Origin: TPA_inf: Saccharomyces
Lineage: Eukaryota
Assembly (NCBI GenBank): GCA_000146045.2
Contig: BK006945.2
Location: 512,001-576,000, forward strand
DNA length: 64,000 bases
Reading direction: 5' to 3'
Positions 1 to 10,652 of this stretch are shown one piece after another. How positions within the stretch are numbered: the stretch's first letter is position 1; each line of letters begins with the position of its first letter. Under the pieces are notes generated by a model. That model ran no database searches and was not told where the DNA came from. It saw only the letters and a list, made by a program, of their open reading frames with translations. The translations under genes were made by a program, and so were the position numbers.

Positions 1-1
1 T

Positions 2-940
2 TGTAATCTGAATTACAACCCACAGTCTGACGCATTCATCTCCACTGCTGTTTCAAACGCTTCGTCGACCGGGGCGGCCAAATCCAAGAACAGCACTTCA
101 ATGCATTTGCACTATAAGCCATTAGTGTTAGTATCGTTGAAAAATGGTAAGCTCGAACTGTTGTCTAAACCACAAACGGCCACACTTATACTGAAAAGGG
201 GCGATTTGGTCATTATTGATGGTGATCGTGGTAAAGATTTAGTTTTGGTGGTGGAACCGGTTGTAGATATAAATTTGGCACTATTTATAAATTTTTTGAA
301 GAAAAAAATTCACTTTGATTCTCTAATCACCAATAGTCAACAGCATTTCCCCAATGACCAGTTTATCAAGACTCTGGTTGATACAACCAATGGTAAGCCG
401 GTCGCTCATGAGTTGAATCCGAAGTTATATGATATCATTGAACTAACGCAATTGATCATCCCATCAAAGCAGGTTCTGAGATTTGCCACCCCGTGGGAAT
501 CCTCCACGAATTTACACAACAAATTCCAGGATGAGCTAAAGGCTCTTCACATTGCACAGCTAAAACTGAGGTCGCTAAATAACAATAACTCCGGTGGCGG
601 GTTGAACATCAAAATATTGAATGCAGAGTTCCAATTCGACAGAAAGAAATTGACTTTCTACTACATTTGCCAGGAGCGTAATGATTTCAGAGACCTGATC
701 AAAGAACTCTTTAAGTTTTACAAAACAAGAATTTGGCTTTGTGCTATACCGAACAATTTATCGATAGATTCCAAATTTTATGATTCAAACAAGTTTGAGT
801 GGGAGATGTATCAGGATATGATGTCCCACTATTCCATGGACAACACTGGAATTGTCGTGGCCCCTGAACTGAATCGCTTGAAACTGGACGACTTCCAGAT
901 CGGTGTTTATATGGAATTGGTGAAGGTTTTGTTCGGCTAA
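2..940 (+). CDS. YLR177W: C-terminal part of YLR177W (PSP1 paralog, PSP1 C-terminal domain protein); 5' end lies outside the window
   Basis: The frame stays open back to base 2 with no stop (checked codon by codon). The track ORF 101..940 is the same frame from an internal Met. Asn-rich NNNNSGGG segment present. Its position immediately upstream of TFS1 fits the chrXII gene order. Stop TAA at 938-940. Confidence 0.75.
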
Positions 941-1134
941 CCCAAACTTATATAATCATTATAAACATTTTATAAACTTATACACTTTTTTAATAATCTC
1001 ACCATGTTTTTCTTATGTGTTTTGTTTGACAATGACATTACTCCCTACAAACATGTGCGCGTTTGTGACAAAAACATAAATAAAACAAAAATAATAAAAA
1101 GTCAAGTGAAAAGCACTGAAATCTAAAAAATAAA

Positions 1135-1160
1135 TACATATACATATATATATATATATA
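1135..1160. repeat. (TA)n microsatellite between YLR177W and TFS1
   Basis: atacatatacatatatatatatatatata. Confidence 0.9.
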
Positions 1161-1161
1161 C

Positions 1162-1821
1162 CTATTTCGTTTCCGCATAGAAGAAATTGGAGGCAACTAG
1201 TTGCAGGTTGTTTTCCTTAGCCCATTTGCCAACACCGGTGGCAGGGGTGCCGTAACCCCAGTTCGGTCTATCCTTAATTTTCGAGAACTTAGATGAGTCC
1301 ACGCCCTTAGGCTGCTTATATAACAAGAAAACATATCTGTGGGGACCGGATCCCTTGGGTGGAGCTGGTCCCATATATTCTATTAGTGTGTTCGAGCCCT
1401 TCGTATTGAACTCTGATGCAAAAAATTCGGTTGCTCCGGAGGTCTCGTGAGTAGCCTCATTCAACAGCTTTAAGTCGCATTCTACCAAGTGGCAGAATTC
1501 AGACCACTTGTGATCTGTCTTAGAGGGAGCATCCGGATCGGTCATTACCAGTGTGAACAAATCGTCGTCTTGGGGAACGTACGCATTCGCCTGTGGTACG
1601 CTTTTTTGCATTTGCTTATTGAACGTGAACTGGAATTGGGGCTTGGAACGTGCCTTCTCAGTGGGCAGCGTGTTACCCATGGCAACAGGTGCACTTGATG
1701 AGTACTCTACGGCAAGTATCCCGGAGGGTTGAAAGCTTGTGTCATGAATTACATCCTCCAGAATGCCGTGCTTCTTGTAGGAGTCAATGCTTGCTTGTGC
1801 GAAGTCTATTGCTTGGTTCAT
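1162..1821 (-). CDS. TFS1: Tfs1, carboxypeptidase Y inhibitor, PEBP family
   Basis: 219 aa, equal to the length I recall for Tfs1. It starts MNQAIDFAQASIDSYKKHG. ATG confirmed (CAT on + at 1819-1821). PEBP signature (DPDAPS...HRYVFLLYKQ). Confidence 0.93.
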   Translation of the reverse strand: MNQAIDFAQASIDSYKKHGILEDVIHDTSFQPSGILAVEYSSSAPVAMGNTLPTEKARSKPQFQFTFNKQMQKSVPQANAYVPQDDDLFTLVMTDPDAPSKTDHKWSEFCHLVECDLKLLNEATHETSGATEFFASEFNTKGSNTLIEYMGPAPPKGSGPHRYVFLLYKQPKGVDSSKFSKIKDRPNWGYGTPATGVGKWAKENNLQLVASNFFYAETK

Positions 1822-1897
1822 GTTTTTTGCTTGTTCTCTTGTTCTTGTATTGATGCACTGGTAGGGAAAAGGAGCACTGCAATTCGTTTCTTGCTGC

Positions 1898-1945
1898 CCC
1901 CTTTTTATATACCAATTGAGATCTTTCCTTCCCTGAACAGCCCCT
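1898..1945. promoter_or_regulatory. TFS1: Two STRE (CCCCT/AGGGG) elements plus a TATA-like TTTTTATATA in the TFS1 5' region
   Basis: CCCCT at 1898-1902 (directly abutting TTTTTATATA at 1902-1911) and at 1941-1945. The TFS1 ATG is at 1821 on the minus strand. Confidence 0.5.
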
Positions 1946-2107
1946 CTATCCCTTAAAAGATAGAAAAGTTCAAAGGGATAGGAAAAATCAACGAGCCAAA
2001 AAAAAAAAAAACGGAACCGTTCGGCATGTATATATTCACTATTTCATATACGCGTTTGCACAATATACTCTATCTTATCCGTATCTATACGAGCCGGTTG
2101 CTGCACC

Positions 2108-2713
2108 TTACATGTCATAGTTGAAATCAACGGTCGTGTTTTCGACCATGTAATAATTGGCACCGACCAGTTGCAGATTGTTCTCCTTGATATAGTCATA
2201 GGCACCCGCACCAGGAGTACCGTACCCCCAGGAGATAATGTTCTCAACCTTGGTAAAAGTGGACGAATCCGCTCCCTTGGGTTGCTTGCACAGGAAGAAC
2301 ACGTATCTGTGATAACCGGAGTTCTTTGGTGGACCAGGCCCAATATAGTTATTTCTCACGACACCCTTCCCCGAAATGGCAATATCTCCCCCAGGTCCGT
2401 ACTCGACAGGAATATCAGTGATGATGTAGTGACAAACCTCCGACCACTTATGTTCTGTTCTAGAGGGCGCGTCCGGGTCAGTCATCAACAAAGCGAGTTT
2501 ATCCTCGGCTGACAATTGGCTTTTATCGAAGGGCGTGAACTTGATGGTAGGAGCGGCTTGCGTAGCTTCCATTGGCATGGGATTGCCCAATTTGATGTCG
2601 TCAGAATCAACGTACGAAACCGACAACTCACCAAGAATCTCGAACGCCAAGTCCTTGACGGTGTCCTTAATGATGTCCTCTTTGTTCAGTTTAGCAACGA
2701 TGGCACTAGACAT
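2108..2713 (-). CDS. YLR179C: PEBP-family protein, tandem paralog of TFS1
   Basis: 201 aa. ATG confirmed at 2711-2713 (CAT on +). Clearly alignable to TFS1 (LLMTDPDAPSRTEHKWSEVCHY / GPGPPKNSGYHRYVFFLCKQPKG / ENNLQLV). Same strand, head-to-tail with TFS1. Confidence 0.9.
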   Translation of the reverse strand: MSSAIVAKLNKEDIIKDTVKDLAFEILGELSVSYVDSDDIKLGNPMPMEATQAAPTIKFTPFDKSQLSAEDKLALLMTDPDAPSRTEHKWSEVCHYIITDIPVEYGPGGDIAISGKGVVRNNYIGPGPPKNSGYHRYVFFLCKQPKGADSSTFTKVENIISWGYGTPGAGAYDYIKENNLQLVGANYYMVENTTVDFNYDM

Positions 2714-2984
2714 AATATATATTTCTATTACTAAGTACTCGGATGGGTACCGAAAGTGGCAGATGGGCAGTGTTTACTCAAACAATTGATGGCAACATTC
2801 AATTCCTCACCTGGTGCGCACTTCCAATAATGAGCACGCTTGGCACTTTTATATTGTTCAAAAAAATGTCAGGCAAGATCTTTTGAAAAAAAGGTACCGA
2901 AACGGACGTAAGACGGAAATAGAATTTGAAGATAAAGTTATATATCACTACACACGAATACTTTCTTTTTTTTTTTTCACAGGA

Positions 2985-2993
2985 AAACTGTGG
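2985..2993 (+). promoter_or_regulatory. SAM1: Met31/Met32 binding motif AAACTGTGG in the SAM1 promoter
   Basis: Exact 9-mer AAACTGTGG, 270 bp upstream of the SAM1 ATG. SAM1 belongs to the sulfur/methionine regulon. Confidence 0.55.
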
Positions 2994-3261
2994 TGGCGCC
3001 CTTGCCTACTAGTGCATTTCTTTTTTCGGGTTCTTGTCTCGAGGAAATTTTAGCCTCATCGTAGTTTTTCACTCTGGTATCGATGAAAAAGGGAAGAGTA
3101 AAAAGTTTTCCGTTTAGTACTTAATGGGATTGGTTTGGGACGTATATATCGACTGGTGTTGTCTGTTATTCATCGTTGTTTTTCGGTTAGCTTCGAAAAA
3201 AAAATAGAGTAAAAACCAGGAATTTACCCTAAAAACAAGAAAAAATAAGATAAACGAAAAT

Positions 3262-4410
3262 ATGGCCGGTACATTTTTATTCACTTCTGAATCCGTTGGT
3301 GAAGGTCACCCAGATAAGATCTGTGACCAAGTTTCCGACGCCATCTTGGACGCTTGTTTAGCCGAGGACCCTCACTCCAAAGTTGCGTGTGAAACCGCGG
3401 CAAAGACTGGTATGATTATGGTCTTTGGTGAAATTACTACCAAGGCACAGTTGGATTACCAAAAAATCGTCAGAGACACCATCAAGAAGATTGGTTACGA
3501 TGATTCCGCCAAGGGTTTCGACTATAAGACCTGTAACGTCCTTGTCGCCATTGAGCAACAATCTCCAGATATCGCCCAAGGTGTCCACGAGGAGAAGGAT
3601 TTGGAAGACATCGGTGCCGGTGACCAAGGTATCATGTTTGGTTACGCCACAGATGAAACTCCAGAGGGTTTGCCTTTGACTATTCTTTTGGCTCATAAAC
3701 TAAACATGGCCATGGCTGACGCGAGAAGAGATGGCTCTTTAGCGTGGTTGAGACCAGACACCAAGACTCAAGTCACCGTCGAATACAAGGATGACCACGG
3801 TAGATGGGTTCCACAAAGAATCGACACCGTCGTCGTCTCCGCTCAACATGCTGACGAAATCACGACCGAGGACTTAAGAGCGCAACTAAAGTCCGAGATC
3901 ATTGAAAAAGTCATCCCAAGAGACATGTTGGACGAAAACACCAAATACTTTATCCAACCTTCCGGTAGATTCGTCATCGGTGGTCCTCAAGGTGACGCTG
4001 GTTTGACCGGTAGAAAGATCATCGTCGACGCTTACGGTGGTGCCTCATCCGTCGGTGGTGGTGCCTTCTCCGGTAAGGACTACTCTAAGGTTGATCGTTC
4101 TGCCGCTTATGCCGCTAGATGGGTTGCCAAGTCCCTAGTTGCCGCTGGTTTATGTAAGAGAGTTCAAGTTCAATTTTCTTATGCCATCGGTATTGCGGAA
4201 CCATTGTCCTTGCACGTTGACACCTATGGTACTGCGACCAAGTCTGACGAAGAAATTATCGACATTATCAGCAAGAACTTTGACTTGAGACCTGGTGTAT
4301 TGGTCAAGGAGTTGGACTTAGCTAGACCAATCTACTTGCCAACCGCTTCTTATGGCCATTTCACAAACCAAGAATACCCATGGGAAAAGCCTAAGACTTT
4401 GAAGTTCTAA
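3262..4410 (+). CDS. SAM1: S-adenosylmethionine synthetase
   Basis: 382 aa. Starts [23 protein letters not shown]. AdoMet synthetase motifs GHPDK and GGGAFSGKD present. ATG at 3262. Confidence 0.95.
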   Translation: MAGTFLFTSESVGEGHPDKICDQVSDAILDACLAEDPHSKVACETAAKTGMIMVFGEITTKAQLDYQKIVRDTIKKIGYDDSAKGFDYKTCNVLVAIEQQSPDIAQGVHEEKDLEDIGAGDQGIMFGYATDETPEGLPLTILLAHKLNMAMADARRDGSLAWLRPDTKTQVTVEYKDDHGRWVPQRIDTVVVSAQHADEITTEDLRAQLKSEIIEKVIPRDMLDENTKYFIQPSGRFVIGGPQGDAGLTGRKIIVDAYGGASSVGGGAFSGKDYSKVDRSAAYAARWVAKSLVAAGLCKRVQVQFSYAIGIAEPLSLHVDTYGTATKSDEEIIDIISKNFDLRPGVLVKELDLARPIYLPTASYGHFTNQEYPWEKPKTLKF

Positions 4411-4677
4411 GCTTTTTTCCTTTTGGACTTTTTTCTGCCTTCAACCTCCCATGTTTTCATTTGCTCAACACAAGTCAACATGTACATTATACCGTATTTG
4501 ATGCAGGGACGCAATACCATCATATTCTTGATATAGACTCATTTTTCTCAAATCAAATTTGTATCGATTTCATTTTGCATTATACAGGATTCCTTTTCCT
4601 TTCTAACATTTAATACGTAACTACTAATATTAATATATACCTCCTTCAACGGATCAACAAACCAAACTTTATCTTAT

Positions 4678-5670
4678 TCAAATAGAATTTAACAGATCCA
4701 ACGCCTTAGTTAACTCATCTTTGGCGGTGGGCAGGTCTTCATAATTCAATGCGCTTATGGCGTATTTGGCAAGTTTTTGAATTTGCTCTATTTTACTGGC
4801 CCTGTCCATAATTTTTGTCAACTCATCCTTTGTATACGATTTATGCTCTGCTGCAGCAGGTTCTGATGGTGCAGAAGGGCGCGTAAGATCCACTTCTTTC
4901 TTCACAACTTGTTGTTCGTCTTTTGTTATTGCATCTTCGTTCTTGTCGACGGTCTGTTCTTCTTCGTTTACGCTATCGGCATCATCAATAAATTCAGGTA
5001 CCTCATCCACAGGCTCGTATGATGTTGTTTGGTCTTTTGGGGCTAGGCCTTCGACTTTATCATTATTATTGTTTTCCAAATCGCTTGTCTGGTGATCAAC
5101 ATCTTCATCCTTAATCTCCTCGCTATCATCCGCAAAATCTGCATAATCTAACGTTTTCTCGTCGCTGGAACCAATTTCACCCTTTGCCAATTTACTCAAA
5201 TAAATTTTGCAATACTTAATTCGTTTTTGTAATGAATTTGTACTCGTTTCACTTATATTTTCCTTCCACAGGTGTAAAATGCATGAAAATAAATCAATAC
5301 AACACCAAAGTGATCTTTTTAACATAACATCCCAGGGACCATCTTTTAGCTGTTTCAGTTTCTCGTTATACAACGACATTGTAAAATTTAGCATATAAAT
5401 TTTGGCTTTTTCTTGATCATGTATTAGCGTGTTCATAACGTGTAAGCTTTTGTCACTGTCTTCTGCTTCACTCTCGCCGCCAATCTCCTTCTTAAACGCT
5501 TCAATAGTATCAAGAAGTTCTGTCGCTAGTGCGGTCATCTCTTGCGACCGATCTTCTTCACTCAGTATCAATTCCACCGCATATAACTGAAGATAGTATC
5601 CGATGATCCCTAACCCAACTTTGTCAAAATCCTTCGCTGTAGCGACAACCCTTGCAGCGTTACTAGCCAT
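4678..5670 (-). CDS. VTA1: Vta1, Vps4 cofactor of the MVB/ESCRT pathway
   Basis: 330 aa. Starts MASNAARVVATAKDFDKVGLGIIGYYLQLYAVEL (MIT-like N-terminus). Acidic linker, then the C-terminal VSL region (AKYAISALNYEDLPTAKDELTKALDLL). ATG confirmed (CAT at 5668-5670). Confidence 0.9.
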   Translation of the reverse strand: MASNAARVVATAKDFDKVGLGIIGYYLQLYAVELILSEEDRSQEMTALATELLDTIEAFKKEIGGESEAEDSDKSLHVMNTLIHDQEKAKIYMLNFTMSLYNEKLKQLKDGPWDVMLKRSLWCCIDLFSCILHLWKENISETSTNSLQKRIKYCKIYLSKLAKGEIGSSDEKTLDYADFADDSEEIKDEDVDHQTSDLENNNNDKVEGLAPKDQTTSYEPVDEVPEFIDDADSVNEEEQTVDKNEDAITKDEQQVVKKEVDLTRPSAPSEPAAAEHKSYTKDELTKIMDRASKIEQIQKLAKYAISALNYEDLPTAKDELTKALDLLNSI

Positions 5671-5939
5671 AGAATTTATTTAAAATGTGGACAATTAGTT
5701 TCTAAAAATTGAATCAAATAAAATAAGAAAGCTTATTGTTCCTTTTTTTGTCTTCATCTGGACCGTTTGGATAAGATCATTCACCAAATCTTAGTTTTTT
5801 TTTTTAGTTTCCTTCTCCAACGATTTCATAATAATAAAAAAAAACAACAAAAAACACGATTGAGAAACATCAATATGAACTAAGCAATAGCTAAAAAAAA
5901 AAGAATAATAAAGGGGAACACAGTATAATTCTCGAGAGG

Positions 5940-8351
5940 ATGGCGTTGGAAGAAGTGGTACGATACTTAGGACCTCACAATGAGATCCCTTTGACACTCA
6001 CTAGAGACTCGGAGACTGGCCATTTCCTCCTGAAACATTTTCTGCCCATTTTGCAGCAATATCATGACACGGGGAATATTAACGAGACCAACCCCGATAG
6101 TTTCCCCACTGATGAGGAAAGAAATAAATTACTGGCACATTATGGAATTGCTGTAAATACAGACGACCGAGGTGAGTTATGGATAGAGCTGGAAAAATGT
6201 TTACAATTATTAAACATGCTAAATTTATTCGGTTTGTTCCAGGATGCATTCGAATTTGAGGAGCCTGAAACAGATCAGGATGAAGAAGATCCCAGCCATT
6301 CGAAACTACCAGAAAACAAGACCAAAAGTGAAAATTCTAAGGATAATATCAGCTCAAAGAGGATTAATAATTTACAAGATATGAGCCTGGATTCTGATGC
6401 ACACAGAGAATTAGGCTCTCCTTTAAAAAAACTAAAAATAGATACCTCTGTAATAGATGCTGAGAGTGACTCCACTCCGAATACTGCCAGAGGCAAGCCT
6501 AACGATGATATTAATAAGGGCCCTAGCGGCGACAATGAAAATAATGGCACTGATGACAATGACAGAACCGCTGGACCTATCATAACATTCACTCATGACC
6601 TAACTTCTGACTTTTTAAGCAGTCCACTGAAAATCATGAAAGCACTACCTTCTCCAGTTGTAAATGATAATGAACAGAAGATGAAACTAGAGGCATTCTT
6701 ACAACGGTTGTTATTTCCAGAAATTCAAGAAATGCCTACATCCCTTAATAATGACAGCAGTAATAGAAATTCAGAAGGGGGGAGCTCAAACCAACAACAA
6801 CAGCACGTATCATTTGATAGCCTTTTGCAAGAGGTAAACGACGCTTTTCCTAATACTCAATTAAATCTTAATATTCCTGTAGATGAGCATGGAAACACAC
6901 CATTACATTGGCTGACTTCAATAGCAAACCTGGAATTAGTGAAACACCTGGTTAAGCATGGTTCAAACAGATTATATGGTGATAATATGGGGGAGTCATG
7001 CCTAGTGAAAGCTGTCAAATCAGTAAATAATTACGACTCTGGTACTTTTGAGGCACTTCTAGATTATTTATATCCATGTTTAATTTTGGAAGACTCAATG
7101 AATAGAACAATTTTGCACCATATCATTATTACGTCTGGTATGACTGGCTGTTCAGCAGCTGCGAAATATTATTTAGATATTTTAATGGGATGGATTGTCA
7201 AGAAACAAAATAGACCCATTCAAAGTGGTACTAACGAAAAAGAAAGCAAACCGAATGACAAAAATGGGGAAAGAAAGGACTCTATACTAGAAAATTTGGA
7301 CCTGAAATGGATAATAGCAAACATGCTCAATGCGCAGGACTCTAATGGCGATACTTGCTTGAACATTGCAGCAAGATTGGGAAACATTTCAATAGTAGAC
7401 GCTTTATTAGATTACGGTGCTGACCCATTTATTGCAAACAAATCAGGGTTGAGACCCGTGGATTTTGGGGCAGGTACTTCAAAATTACAAAATACGAACG
7501 GCGGTGACGAAAACTCGAAGATGGTCTCTAAGGGTGATTACGACGGTCAAAAAAATGGAAAGGCCAAAAAAATAAGGTCTCAACTGTTGAAAAACCCACC
7601 TGAAACAACTTCGTTAATTAATGATGTCCAAAATTTACTGAATTCAATCTCGAAAGATTATGAGAATGAAACAGTGCAATATAATGAGAAATTAGAAAAA
7701 CTACACAAGGAATTGAACGAACAGCGAGAAGAATTAGCTAATTCTAGAGAACAACTAGCAAATGTGAAGCAATTGAAAGATGAATACTCACTAATGCAAG
7801 AGCAATTGACCAATTTAAAAGCAGGAATTGAAGAAGAAGAGGAAAGTTTTAGGGAAGAGAGCAAAAAGCTAGGAATAATTGCAGATGAAAGTTCAGGTAT
7901 TGATTGGGACTCTAGCGAATATGATGCAGATGAACCCTTCAAAGTAGAGTTCCTTTCAGATTTCTTGGAGGATAAATTACAAAAGAATTATGAAGGCGAT
8001 ATTTCCAAACTATTAGAAGCGGAGTCGAAAGAGCAGATAATGGAACAGATACGAAATCAACTTCCCGCAGAAAAAATCCAATCGATGCTTCCACCAACGG
8101 TCTTATTGAAGGCAAGAATAAATGCATACAAGCGGAATGATAAACACCTAACCAATGTATTGGATACAATCAGCACCAAACAATCAGAATTAGAGAATAA
8201 ATTTAGAAGAGTGTTATCTTTATGTTTGAAAATCGACGAAAATAAAGTTGACAATATGCTTGATGGTTTGTTACAGGCCATATCTTCTGAAGACCCACAA
8301 GACATTGACACTGACGAAATGCAAGATTTTTTAAAAAAGCATGCTTCATGA
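5940..8351 (+). CDS. SWI6: Swi6, shared subunit of the SBF/MBF G1/S transcription factors (ankyrin repeats)
   Basis: 803 aa. Starts MALEEVVRYLGPHNEIPLTLTRDSETGHF. Ankyrin repeat block (GNTPLHWL..., GDTCLNIAARLGNISIVDALLDYGADP). ATG at 5940. Confidence 0.93.
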   Translation: MALEEVVRYLGPHNEIPLTLTRDSETGHFLLKHFLPILQQYHDTGNINETNPDSFPTDEERNKLLAHYGIAVNTDDRGELWIELEKCLQLLNMLNLFGLFQDAFEFEEPETDQDEEDPSHSKLPENKTKSENSKDNISSKRINNLQDMSLDSDAHRELGSPLKKLKIDTSVIDAESDSTPNTARGKPNDDINKGPSGDNENNGTDDNDRTAGPIITFTHDLTSDFLSSPLKIMKALPSPVVNDNEQKMKLEAFLQRLLFPEIQEMPTSLNNDSSNRNSEGGSSNQQQQHVSFDSLLQEVNDAFPNTQLNLNIPVDEHGNTPLHWLTSIANLELVKHLVKHGSNRLYGDNMGESCLVKAVKSVNNYDSGTFEALLDYLYPCLILEDSMNRTILHHIIITSGMTGCSAAAKYYLDILMGWIVKKQNRPIQSGTNEKESKPNDKNGERKDSILENLDLKWIIANMLNAQDSNGDTCLNIAARLGNISIVDALLDYGADPFIANKSGLRPVDFGAGTSKLQNTNGGDENSKMVSKGDYDGQKNGKAKKIRSQLLKNPPETTSLINDVQNLLNSISKDYENETVQYNEKLEKLHKELNEQREELANSREQLANVKQLKDEYSLMQEQLTNLKAGIEEEEESFREESKKLGIIADESSGIDWDSSEYDADEPFKVEFLSDFLEDKLQKNYEGDISKLLEAESKEQIMEQIRNQLPAEKIQSMLPPTVLLKARINAYKRNDKHLTNVLDTISTKQSELENKFRRVLSLCLKIDENKVDNMLDGLLQAISSEDPQDIDTDEMQDFLKKHAS

Positions 8352-8542
8352 GGGCATGTGATTTCATTGCATTAACTTTTATGACTTTATTTGAAGTTAT
8401 TTTTTTGTTTTAGCGCTTTATTTACTTTTATTTTACTACATAACTGTATTCTTACAAAATTTTTACGTACTCAGATGGGATATATAGGCACTTGATGTTT
8501 TATTTTCTTGTTCTTATCATATATCCGATGGAATAAAATGTT

Positions 8543-10012
8543 CTATTTTGCTGGCTTTTTCCAAAAATATTGTTTATGTGTCCTTCTACAAGATCTTAAG
8601 CCTGTCCTTCCACCTTTTAATGAACTCACCAAGTTTCTTCTCTCGTAATCATCATCGTTTTCTAAATCGTAGAAATACTCTTCGTCCAATGGTTTGCCGG
8701 CGGCGTCCTTACCATGACGGTAAATGACACCGACACATTTCGCGTCGCTCAAAATCGAACGTAATTCATCTCTTGAAAGCTCAGAAATTTGTGAGTTCAC
8801 CTGCTGTAATTGGAATAATGGCGTCTGCTGGACGTTTGCAAAAGCTAGGTGATTGGTTAAAATATGCTGTAGATGCATAACATCAATATTTCTTCTAGAT
8901 AGCTCATCCAAATTCTCTTTCACCGATTTTTTTGGCTTTGAAGGTAAGACCCTCTTGTTAAGTTTTGGTTTCTTCATAGTCATAGGATTTTTATCAGATG
9001 ATAGTGAATCTTGTCTCAGGGTTTGTTCCTCGTGATCAACAGAGGAGACGGATGAAAGTGGGGACGATTTAGAATTTAGGAAGTGGTTTAGCATCCTTTC
9101 TGCAACGCCAGAATCACTACCAATTGAGATTTTGTTGCTATCCTTAAGTATTTTTTTGGGTCTGTCCATCGAAGTGTCAGTAAAAATCAATGGATGCTTC
9201 CTTATACTACCCATATGTTTCGTTTCACTTTCACTTTCAAATTCAGCTTTCTTCTCGAATCTTAACGGCTCTGAAGAAGAGTTTTTTTCTTTTAACGAAA
9301 TGCGAAGTAAAACCTGCCTAAAATCCAACATGATACCCTTGTAATATGTCATATAAACGGTGTCTCCCTCTTCCAGAGTGAAATTAATGAATCCTCCCTC
9401 GTCTTGAATTTCTTTAACACATTTTTCGTTAGAGAATCTGGGAACAAGCCTATATGCCCTATTATTGTTATTCATGGTATCCTTTAATTGATAACAATCA
9501 AATTGCTTACGATAGGTAACGATTAATCCGTTCATACTGAAGCAGTGAATCTTCACTTCATTTGTTTGTGGTAAATAAGTTATACTAGCGTGTACTCTGG
9601 ATATGAACTTATTCTTACAGAGCGCAACATCACATTGCGAACTATTGCGCCCTACAGTAATGGTGCTGATCTTGCTAGGATCTAGTTCAGCATTGATGAC
9701 TCTAGTATGCCTTGAAGGAGAAGAAAGTTTGGAAGAAAACTTGGGTGACGTTTCTGCCAACTGGCCAGGAAAAGCTGGAGAGGAAGGGATGGCGTCAACC
9801 TTATTCGACCTAACGGGAGACGAAACCCTTCCTATACTGGAAGAAGGAAATGGAGTTGGATAATCTCCTTTCCCGAAATTTCCAATTGATTCTGACGCAG
9901 TTTTACCAGCTTTCTCATAATTGGATGAGGGACAATTAGGCTGCTGTTTGTAATTTGGTGGAGAGTACGGATCCACTGTCCTGTAGGGGGACGAAGGAAA
10001 TTGCGAGCTCAT
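8543..10012 (-). CDS. TOS4: Tos4, FHA-domain G1/S-regulated protein
   Basis: 489 aa. Starts MSSQFPSSPYRTVDPYSPPNYKQQ. FHA-like core (ITVGRNSSQCDVAL...ISRVHASI). ATG confirmed (CAT at 10010-10012). SCB and MCB-like motifs in its upstream region. Confidence 0.9.
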   Translation of the reverse strand: MSSQFPSSPYRTVDPYSPPNYKQQPNCPSSNYEKAGKTASESIGNFGKGDYPTPFPSSSIGRVSSPVRSNKVDAIPSSPAFPGQLAETSPKFSSKLSSPSRHTRVINAELDPSKISTITVGRNSSQCDVALCKNKFISRVHASITYLPQTNEVKIHCFSMNGLIVTYRKQFDCYQLKDTMNNNNRAYRLVPRFSNEKCVKEIQDEGGFINFTLEEGDTVYMTYYKGIMLDFRQVLLRISLKEKNSSSEPLRFEKKAEFESESETKHMGSIRKHPLIFTDTSMDRPKKILKDSNKISIGSDSGVAERMLNHFLNSKSSPLSSVSSVDHEEQTLRQDSLSSDKNPMTMKKPKLNKRVLPSKPKKSVKENLDELSRRNIDVMHLQHILTNHLAFANVQQTPLFQLQQVNSQISELSRDELRSILSDAKCVGVIYRHGKDAAGKPLDEEYFYDLENDDDYERRNLVSSLKGGRTGLRSCRRTHKQYFWKKPAK

Positions 10013-10178
10013 GCCTTCTTGTGATTATTAATCTTTGATGTGTCGTGGCAGATGTATATGGACTTTTGTACGTAAAGTAGATTGCTATAATTCAATTCTA
10101 AATGAATGAAAGTAGAGAAAGAGTTTCCATTGATGAATTTTAGTTTACGTCGACTGCCGCTGTTCATTCTCATCAAAA

Positions 10179-10240
10179 CACGAAAGCAAACCATAGAGAT
10201 GAACTTAAGAAAAAAGGGCCACGGGATTTTTTTTTCGCGT
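10179..10240. promoter_or_regulatory. TOS4: SCB (CACGAAA, 10179-10185) and MCB-like (AACGCGAAA on the minus strand, + 10233-10241) elements upstream of TOS4
   Basis: Motifs read directly, 170-230 bp upstream of the TOS4 ATG (10012, minus strand). Confidence 0.55.
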
Positions 10241-10652
10241 TTTGGCGTTTTCATATCAAAAAAAAAAAACCATATTAACATCTGTACATTATTATTAACT
10301 AAACATCCGTACACAAAAGGTTTTCCAAGACAAAACGTTGTCGAGACTATTCTCTTTCGAAGAAATTCTAAAACACACTTCGGCAGGCCGGCAACAAGAA
10401 GGCGGCCCCTTGGGGAAAGGGAAGTCAATCCGTCTGCCCGTTCTCTAGGCTGATGGTAGGCAGGGCGATGCCATACTGGTGAAGTGTGGTCCGTCGGTCT
10501 GTCTCCTCCAAACGTTGATGTTCTCCTGGTAGCTTTCTCATCACCGTCAATATTACAAGTGTAAGAATGAGAAATGCTCTATATGAGGGTACTATTAAAT
10601 TTCAAAAATGTTTACTTTTAAGAGGTATTTGCTAAAGCCTCATACAAATAAT

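Noticed and set aside
10106-10453. 115-aa ORF (+), with an overlapping 139-aa ORF (-) at 10009..10428, between TOS4 and RPL37A
   Set aside because: It lies within the TOS4 and RPL37A promoter region. It has no recognisable domain and a GC-skewed odd composition. It corresponds to a 'dubious ORF' type call (probably YLR184W), not a real gene.
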